DNA of 64,000 nucleotides from Octopus vulgaris (Eukaryota). The position numbers and the translations under genes were made by a program. The notes under the pieces were generated by a model. That model was given only the letters and a program-made list of their open reading frames with translations. It was not told the origin of the DNA and did no database searches. Each line of letters begins with the position of its first letter. Within the stretch, counting starts at the first letter, position 1. The stretch lies in NCBI GenBank assembly GCA_951406725.2, contig OX597816.1, positions 123,256,001-123,320,000 on the forward strand, read 5' to 3'. Shown in pieces: positions 55,655 to 64,000 of the stretch.

Positions 55655-56325
55655 CCCATTTTCTCTCTACATAGAAAATAATTGGAAGAAACAACTGGAT
55701 GACTGTTTCATTCTTTGGCATGAAAGTATAGAAGACTTAAAGAATTTCAAGCACTTATAAATGAACTTGACGTAAACATTCAATTCATGATGGAATATTG
55801 CCATCAACAACTTCCCTTCCTCGACATCCTCATTAAGAAATCTAACAATGTAATAGAAACATTACATTATGGATTCCAAGCAATATCTACCATTCATCTC
55901 ATGCCACCCCAGACATACCTGAATGAATATCCCCTTCAACCTAGCAAAAAGGATATGTACTATAATTTCTAATGCAAGCACCAGGGACACATGTCTACAT
56001 GAACTAAAGGATACACTAAAGGAACTACCCACCTTCACTAACTGACATATGATTTCAGTGTGCCCTACAACTCAACATCCACGAACTCAGACATCCCAAA
56101 TTAAAGAAGGATTTACAACCAAAAGCCCTACCATACATCTCCACACAGAACCCTCTTAACAATGAAGCCTTCGACACTATCCTTCAAAACATTCCCCTGC
56201 TAAAAAATGACCACAGAATGAACTTAATCCTCCAAACACACACCATCATACAAAGTAAGAAACAGCCCAAATCTATGAAAAGTCTCCTAAAACAAGCTCA
56301 AATATGCTCAACAACAAATTTAAAT
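55655..56325 (+). mobile_element. Neptune-like Penelope RT/thumb fragment
   Basis: Colinear with 51240-51920 (LDDCF, IQFMME...LPFLDILIKK, SCHP, LPYISTQNPLNNEAF). Confidence 0.8.
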
Positions 56326-57984
56326 TTAGCTTGTCTGCAGCATCATTCCTTGGTGCCGAAATTTGTTCTTTCACATAGCCATTTGTGACTTTTATATTTT
56401 GTGGCAATGTATGGAAACATCATGCTCTTTAGTTCTTCAAGAGAGGCAGTCATATTGCCACATGGGAGGTGTTGCAGACTATCTTGTGGATCTTGTGGAA
56501 GTTTTCCATTTCCAATATCAAGTAACTTGTTGGAGAACTGTGCGGCTAACGGGTCACCATGAATATGAACCCTCATGTTGGTTGTCAGAGTAAGCTGCTT
56601 GACATGTTGCCAGATATATGAGGACTTGATGCAAGCTCTCAGCTCATCTGCCTTTGCTCCTCTGGGCATGACAAGGAGTGTTTGCCTCTGAGATGGCAAG
56701 CCTGGTGATATGCTTGACATACTGTGTTCTTGACTGCTGACCATGATGTGGAATGCATAGAAATCATTGGATGGAATTCACTTTGAGGAGTTTGTCTGTC
56801 TAATGTCAATGTGATAAGCATCTTGTCCATAACAGAACAGCAATGGATATTGTAGTGTATAATAGGATCTGTGTGTTCCTGAAATCCTCATTAGTGTGCT
56901 GTTTCTGAGATGGAGGACAATGTCAAGCTTGTCATGTTCTTGCCCAAACAGAAGCACAGCTATTTCATTTGCTGTTGGCACATTAAACCCCTATGTTGAC
57001 CAGTTGGTTTCTTGTCTGATCTAATAACTACCTTGTAATCCATGGAGTCAGGTGGAATTGTTTGAAGTGCAGTCTTGAAGCTTCTGATCAGGTTGATGAT
57101 GTTATCCAGCATCTTTTGCAGAGACGCTACAATGTTCATCATGATGCTGGTTGTGTTCTTGCATCTCTCTTACCCTTCTTGTTGAGAATCATCCATAAAA
57201 TATATTCGAGGGAATTTTAGTGATTCATTTGACAGAGGAAGTAGAGAGCCAATGCGATGAAAAATCTGGCCTTGGACCTTGAAAGTTGGCATGAATCCTG
57301 GCTCAGTCATATCTGTTGTGGCTCCAAATGATGTCATCTGTAGTGCAGTATTATACTGTCTAATTTTGTTTTGGAAGTTCTTGGAATCTTGGTCTGTTGA
57401 TGACAACAGTTTTTTCAATGGCTCTGGATGTTGGGGGATTGCTAAGAGTTTAACCTTTCCACCACTGCAGCACAGTGCAGGTGTCTCCCCAGGCCACTTT
57501 CTTGCTTTACAATGTATGCACTCAGTTGTCATTGCACCAATGGAAATTCTAGTGTCATCTACATAATGAATTGTTGGATCATAACTGAAAGCTGCTTCAT
57601 AGAAGTTGCTCCTCTGAACTGTTGCAACTGCTCTTCATTCTGCAGTGGAGATCCACTGCAGAACGAAGTGCCTGAAAAATGAAAGTGAAAACAAGTGGTA
57701 TAGATAGTGAGATATGTTACAGAGAGATAGAGAGGGATGGATAGAAAGATATACATAAAGAGATATGTTATGTCATTGACGCTAGAAAACCAGAAATAAA
57801 TATTTGAAAATCTTTGAAAGATATGAATGTAATATAAAAAACAATATTTTTTACTTTTGATAACTTTTAATTAAAAAATCAAATAAAAACCCTATTATAT
57901 GTCCGAGGTCAAATTATTCATGTATGGTGAAGCTGTTTTCGCATGAAAAGTGAATATGCACACATCTCTATTTTATATAATAGA
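56326..57984 (-). mobile_element. Internally deleted autonomous Helitron remnant (Rep N-terminus fused to a Pif1 helicase piece)
   Basis: CIHCKARKWPGETPALCCSGGKV...IRQYNTALQMTSFGA...FKVQGQIFHRIGSL, PTANEIA...LQYPLLF, and helicase RQTL...LTTNMRV...LLDIGNG...WLCER. 5' TCTATTATATAAAA at 57984. Confidence 0.88.
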
Positions 57985-58105
57985 TATATATCAATTTTCT
58001 AATACCTTACATAGCATTTTCTTTTTCTCTTATTTTCTTTCTTCTTTCTTTCTTTCTTTCATTTTTTCTTTGTGTGTACAACTGTCTCTTGATTTTCTCC
58101 TTCAG

Positions 58106-58202
58106 ACGTTATTTCCTGCAGAGGCAAGTTGAGAAAGGCCCAAATAAGATTGTACTACACAACGATGACTTAATCTTTGTTCACCGGAAAAAAAGCACAA
58201 AG
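58106..58202 (+). CDS. Internal exon encoding the juxtamembrane segment of a receptor guanylyl cyclase
   Basis: Acceptor gattttctccttcAG, donor aag|GTAAAC, 97 bp, phase 2 to phase 0. Translates (R)RYFLQRQVEKGPNKIVLHNDDLIFVHRKKSTK, resembling the retinal GC juxtamembrane motif (recalled human GUCY2D [28 protein letters not shown]). Confidence 0.85.
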
Positions 58203-58340
58203 GTAAACATAATATTTATTATATGTTGATCTTCCTAATAACACTTGCAATGAACATGAGAGACATTCAAATTTGTATGGAAATATAAGTCAAATAGATT
58301 ATATTTTATTTCATTGATAACAATATGTGTGATAGTCTTA

Positions 58341-58379
<39 letters not shown>

Positions 58380-59029
58380 TGAGAAAGAAAGAGAGAGAGA
58401 GAGAAAAAAAAAAGAGAGCGGGAGAGCAGAATTTATCTACAAAAAAAATATTGTATGAGGTTTCCAGACTTGATTTTGAAAAGTCAGGCATGAAATCAAA
58501 AATGACAAAATAGGAACAAAAAATATGCTCATATAAAGACAAGGCTTATCAATACCAACTTGCATATATTTATACATAGTCTACAGATATGTTGAGAAGT
58601 TGCTTGTTTTGTGAATGTCTTGTCATTTTATCTGTCAAATTAATACCATTTTTTTCTTAGTTTTAAGAATAATTTTATAAGTAGGTGTTATATATTGTCT
58701 GTTAAGTTAAGGGAAGTAAACTTGTGGAAATCTCAGACTAACTATCATAAAATACTTTCAAAATTTATTCAATTGTTTAATTTTATATTACAAAAAAAAA
58801 TGAAGACCAGAATTATTGCTTTCAAATGTGGTCAATCAAGGTTTGGTATATTTCTGGTGGCAATTCTACAAAAAACTGTCTTTGCAATTCAATATAGAAA
58901 AGACATCAAAAAGATTTTATTATTTACAAAAACGCATATTTTAATTCTTTTTTCTTTTGCTGATGTTCTCATCTTCTGCAACTATGTATTGGTGAAATAC
59001 GCATACACATATACTTGCGTGCGTACACA

Positions 59030-59072
<43 letters not shown>

Positions 59073-59419
59073 TGCAATCATGTGGTTTTAGATTCTCTTT
59101 CAAATTGTAGCACCTTGAGTAAGTATGTTTTACTATTGTTTTGGTTAACCACTTCCTTGTGAGTGAAATTTTATGACAAAAACTGTGCAGAAACCTTTCC
59201 TTCAACTGTGGACATAGCTTAAATTTAGCATTATTTTGAAGGATGTTTTGCATTTTGCATTAATGCTGACATGTAGGTAATTTATTTATTATCAAATATA
59301 ATAATATAAATTATATACATGCTTTTAAGTTACAAAACAATTTGTCATGATATTACAATTTCCTTATTATTAAATAAATCTTTATCAAACTAGTTCTCTG
59401 TCATTTATATATATATATA

Positions 59420-60215
59420 TATATTAAATTCAAATTACGATGAATTTTAGAAGCATTAAGATGTTTTAGAAAGTTAAAGAAGTGATTTTAAATTCTCAAA
59501 CGCAGGATAATGCTAATGATATAGCCTGAACAGGATAGGCTACCCCTATTTTGCAGAAAATAGTGTTGGTGGCCAGCTATGAGACTTAAACTCACACTTC
59601 CATGATTACACATCGTGATGCTCTGAACCAAATATGATAAACTGCCGACACCGCAAATTTAAGCTATATAGAAATCTCGCTTTATGAGATGCTATCATAC
59701 GTTAAATTCAAATTACGATGAACGTAAACAAACAAACGAAGTTTGCTTTAGAAGTGTTCAGATGTCTTAGAAAGTTAAAGAAGTGATTTTAAATGCTTAA
59801 ACGTAGGATAATGCTAATAATATAGTCTGAACAGGATAAGCTATCCCTATTTTAGAAGCATAAATTATAAGTAATGCTTCTGCTTTTCATTAATACTATT
59901 AAATCTTATCGGTTATTTATAAATGTATAGTTTAATTATAACGTCTTCATTTATGTTGTAAATTTATTATGATATTTAGACCTGAAGAGTGGCTATGTAT
60001 CGTTAGATCAAAGAAATATTAATTTCTGAGATTATCGATTTGAATATATCGTCACAAAATGTGCATCGTCATTTTCATGTGCATTATTTAGTATAGTAAT
60101 TTTTAGTACAATATTAAATATATTTAAATTTATATTTTATTATAGATAATATCTTTATGTATCAATTGAATTACTTTATGGAGGTTCTGTCTCTTAATTC
60201 TCTCTCTCTATATAT
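59420..60215 (+). mobile_element. Penelope-like 3' UTR/pLTR remnant with an internal direct repeat and a hammerhead relic
   Basis: About 130-150 bp direct repeat (59423-59552 / 59702-59855). gac CTGAAGA gtggc...gtcac AAAA tgtgca TC gtc at 59979-60070. Flanked by (TA)n. Confidence 0.65.
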
Positions 60216-60344
60216 ATAATATATCATGAAATTTGATTTAGTATTACTAAATTGAGTTTGTTTTCTCCTGTTGCCTTGGAATTTTATATTCCCTACTATT
60301 AATAAACACACACACACATATATATATACATATATATATATATA

Positions 60345-60720
60345 TGGTGGGTGTCTACTCCTTATGCAGAGTTTGACCACCTCCTGTACCTATACCTTAG
60401 CACTATCATGACATCTGATGTGGCTTTTTAAACCAGATAATATTCTGAAAAGGCACTCACATATATTGCCCCTCCGATTTGGACCACCAAGAGCTACAGA
60501 TAAGTTCTGCTCTTTGTGGATCTTAAAATGCCTCGAGGCCTCAATTCAATTTGCAAACCTTCTGGCATACACTGCATTCAAAGGTGTGCACTGATATATA
60601 AGCAGAATAGCTGGTGGAGATTTGTTTTCCATGCGTTCGCAGATGAGATTTGAGGCTAACAAAAGACAGGCAATGGTCTGTCACAGAGTGTGCACAGAAA
60701 AAGGTCATTGTCATTTACCT
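60345..60720 (-). pseudogene. Degraded triple C2H2 zinc-finger segment, probably an RTE LINE 3' end
   Basis: Minus strand gives CTLCDRP..LKSHLRTH, CSVCQKVCK...RHFKIH and xNICECLF..LSGLKSHIRCH, with frameshifts and a stop. Confidence 0.6.
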
Positions 60721-60758
60721 TCTTGATTGTTACATTCCTCCTTGGATCTTTTTATACA

Positions 60759-60790
<32 letters not shown>

Positions 60791-60842
60791 CATACATACA
60801 TACATATATATACATTCCTCCTTGGATCTTTTTATACATACA

Positions 60843-60878
<36 letters not shown>

Positions 60879-61304
60879 TATTTCTACACACAGACACACA
60901 AAAAAACACCCCCACACACACATATATATGTATGTATATATTGAATGATACAAATTAGAGGATATGTTTTGAATGCAATTTTGCTATTAGAACACCAGAA
61001 ATACTGGGTAAATTACTCTTACAAAAGGCAAAAAATTTGTCAGCAACTAGCTATATAAATATATATATTTAGGGAGTTGATTGTTATAGCTAGTCATAGA
61101 GTTGCCATTGCTTATACACCTATAAAGTATTTAGCCATATAGGTGACTCCTCAGACTCAAACAACCATAACAATGAACTCCCTAAAATATTTATAACTAC
61201 TCTAATGTTTTAGAGTGTGCTTCTTTTTTCAGATTTATATATTACTGAAGATATATTTATATACATATATATACATACATGTATAAATATATATATGTGT
61301 ATAT

Positions 61305-61398
61305 ATATTTGACAAAATTAAACAGAAATTACATATGAGGATAGTTAGATCCTAGAAACGATCCTCATATGTAAGTTTTGTCTAATTTTGTCAAATAT
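61305..61398. repeat. Short fold-back (38-bp arms) with a one-sided tail beside (TA)n
   Basis: atatttgacaaaattaaacagaaattacatatgaggat / atcctcatatgtaagttttgtctaattttgtcaaatat. Confidence 0.85.
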
Positions 61399-61448
61399 TT
61401 CACTGATGAGATTTTTTCCCATAACATCATGAATTTTTTATAAATTCA

Positions 61449-61794
61449 CTAGCACTATGACCCAGCAACACCGGGTCATAGTGCTAGTGCATGCATATAC
61501 AGCTGCATGCATGTGCACATACACGCAAGTACTGGCCAAATCTTCGACTAATCACATACAGCTAGCTGGCATTCAATTGGCGTATCAACTTTCCGGCATT
61601 TTGATTGGGTTTTGGATAGAAAATTCACAAAAAAGTCACTTTATTGATTTTTTAATGGGGAAATGTAAAGATGTGCACGACCACCCTTGGACAGTTTTGA
61701 ATGACCATAGAAAGTGCGAGCCCTCTAACTGAAAAATTGTGGATTTGTATAAAGGATACACACACAGACATTTTGCCGTTTATATATATAGAGA
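61449..61794 (-). mobile_element. Non-autonomous Helitron with a palindromic 3' end
   Basis: Minus-strand 5' TCTCTATATATATAAACGGC, with a 3' hairpin and CTAG at 61449-61489. Confidence 0.75.
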
Positions 61795-61981
61795 TTATTC
61801 GGTCTGAATTGAAACACAATTTGTAGGATTAATATCTGTATTCATATTATATTACAATATATTATATTATATTATATTATATTATATTATACTATATTAT
61901 AATTGTATAAAATATGTCAATTGTAAATCTCCATTTTCTTTTAATTTATATATACACACACACACACACAAACATGCATAT

Positions 61982-62020
<39 letters not shown>

Positions 62021-62050
62021 ACACAAACATATACATGCATACATATATAT

Positions 62051-62094
<44 letters not shown>

Positions 62095-62872
62095 GCATAC
62101 ATGTATATCATATATGCATACATATATATCATATATATATATATATATATCTTATATATACATACATGTATATATATATGCATATAATATATATAAATTA
62201 GAGAAAAACCACTATTATGTAATTCAAACAATGATAGGCAGAAACCAAATCATAAATAAAAAATAAAATATATTATATACATATCTTTACATACATACAC
62301 ACATACGTATATATATAGATAGATATTTATATATATTTGTATATATACACATAGATACACACACATTCACACATGCACATACACACACATGCGTGCATAC
62401 ACACATACACACTCAGGTATTATAATTTAAGACAGTTTGATTTGGCCCCTTGCAAGTTTCGTAAGCTCATTACAGGTACCTGGTGTGTCAGTTTCAGGCA
62501 ACTGAATCCACTAAGCTAGATTCCTGAAATAAACCTACAAAGCTTTAAGTTGCTTGGGCCTGAATCAACCTGTTTTAGATAATGTGTTGAGTGCTTCTTT
62601 CATTTGTTCATTTTCTTGCATGTGTGTGTGTGTGTGTGCATATGTATGTGTGTGTATGAGAGAGAGAGAGAGATAATGAGATAAAAACATATATATATAT
62701 GTATTTAGGAAGTCAAAATTTATAGCTGGTTGCTTTATAGGTGTAAAACCAATGATCACTCTCTAACTGGCCATAACTTTTGACTTCTTAAAAGAAATAT
62801 ATTACTGTTCTAATGCTTTAGAGTGTGTTTGCTTTTGGAATATATGAACTGCTGATAATATTTATATATATA

Positions 62873-63960
62873 ATGAGTATAGTGAAGAATTCTGGGTAGA
62901 AGTAGAGGTTCACCAAGGATCAGTCCTCAGCACCCTCTTATTAATTATAGTCCTCCACGCAATAATAGAGGAATTCAAGACAGGATGCCTCTGGGAGCTC
63001 CTCTATGCTGATGACCTTGATCTAATAGCTGAGTCATTATCAGAACTAGTGACAGAGTTTAAGGTGTGGAAGCAAGGTCTAGAATCGAAGGGCTTTAGAG
63101 TTAACGTAGCAAAAACCAAATTCTTAGTAAGTAGGAAGGCTGACAAATCAGAAACCCCTTCAGACAGATGGCTCTGCTTGATCTGTAGAATAGGCCTGGG
63201 TAGAAACTCCATGTGATGTACTCAGTGTAAGCTATGGACACATAAATGGTACAACAATATCAAAGGAAGGTTAACCAGGAAGATAGTTTTTGTGCATGCC
63301 AAAGGAACAGGGCCAATAAGCACTGAAGATGTACAGAAAACAGATTCCATCACATGCCAGGGGAAAAAAACTAGAAGTAAATAGCTTCTGCTACCTTGGC
63401 AACCAAGTCTGTAGTGGGGGCGGTTGTTCTGAGAGTGTAGCAGCTAGAATAAGAATAGCCTGGGCAAAGTTCAGAGTGCTCCTACCTCTGCTGGCAACTA
63501 AGAGCCTCTTTCTCAGGATAAAACGTAGACTGTATGAGGCATGTGTTTGAACTACCATGCTACATGAAGGTGAACTGTGGGCCATTACTGCTGAGGACAT
63601 GCGTAGGCTCGAAAGAAATGAAGCTAGTATGATCTGCTGGATGTGAAATGTCAGTGTGCTTACACGATAGAGTGTAAGTGCCCTGAGAGAAAAGTTGGAC
63701 ATAAGAAACATCAAGTGTGGTGTGCAAGAGAGACAACTGTGCTGGTATGGTCATGTGTTACGTATGGATGTGGACAGCTGTATGAGGAAGTGCTGCTCCC
63801 TAACTGTGGAAGGAACCTGTGGAAGAGGTAGATCTAGGAAGACAGGGGGTGAGATAGTGAAGCCTGACATTCAAACATTGGGCCTCACAGAGGCAATGAC
63901 ATGAGACTGAGACCTTTGGAGATATGCTGTGATTAAGAAGACCTGGCTTCTAAAGTGAGA
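62873..63960 (+). mobile_element. 5'-truncated RTE-type LINE (RT C-terminal half)
   Basis: VHQGSVLSTLL, LLYADDL, GFRVNVAKTK, a Cys-rich insert, FCYLG...ARIRIAWAKFR, LCWYGHVLRM, GRGRSRKT. Confidence 0.88.
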
Positions 63961-64000
63961 TCACAGCCATGGCCGACGCTAGTGTTGCATGTCTGGCACT

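Overview
AT-rich, repeat-dense animal genomic DNA. The SINE, Helitron, Penelope-like and microsatellite content suggests a cephalopod, probably Octopus (inference). Almost all of the window appears to be intron of a + strand receptor (membrane) guanylyl cyclase gene of the GUCY2D/GUCY2F type. I found two spliced exons that the ORF track does not show: 45798-45882 (transmembrane helix) and 58106-58202 (juxtamembrane GPNKI motif). They join in frame across a 12.2 kb intron. The rest is transposon-derived: two large Penelope-like elements (Naiad-like at 31.7-34.6 kb, Neptune-like at 49.1-52.9 kb), CR1-, RTE- and R4-type LINE remnants, mariner, MITEs, tRNA-derived SINEs and many Helitrons, including a head-to-tail tandem of a 2.2 kb composite Helitron. 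The main hidden signal is about a dozen hammerhead-ribozyme-like motifs (mostly decayed) in short non-coding fold-back elements. One of them (11449-12142) has a tRNA-Ser-like Pol III head, an (AAT)n spacer, a hammerhead-bearing tail, an inverted tail copy and a 13-bp target-site duplication. It is a candidate SINE/retrozyme hybrid mobilised by Penelope machinery. Most ORFs in the supplied track are microsatellite artefacts or TE fragments. All calls were made by eye and boundaries of degraded repeats are approximate.
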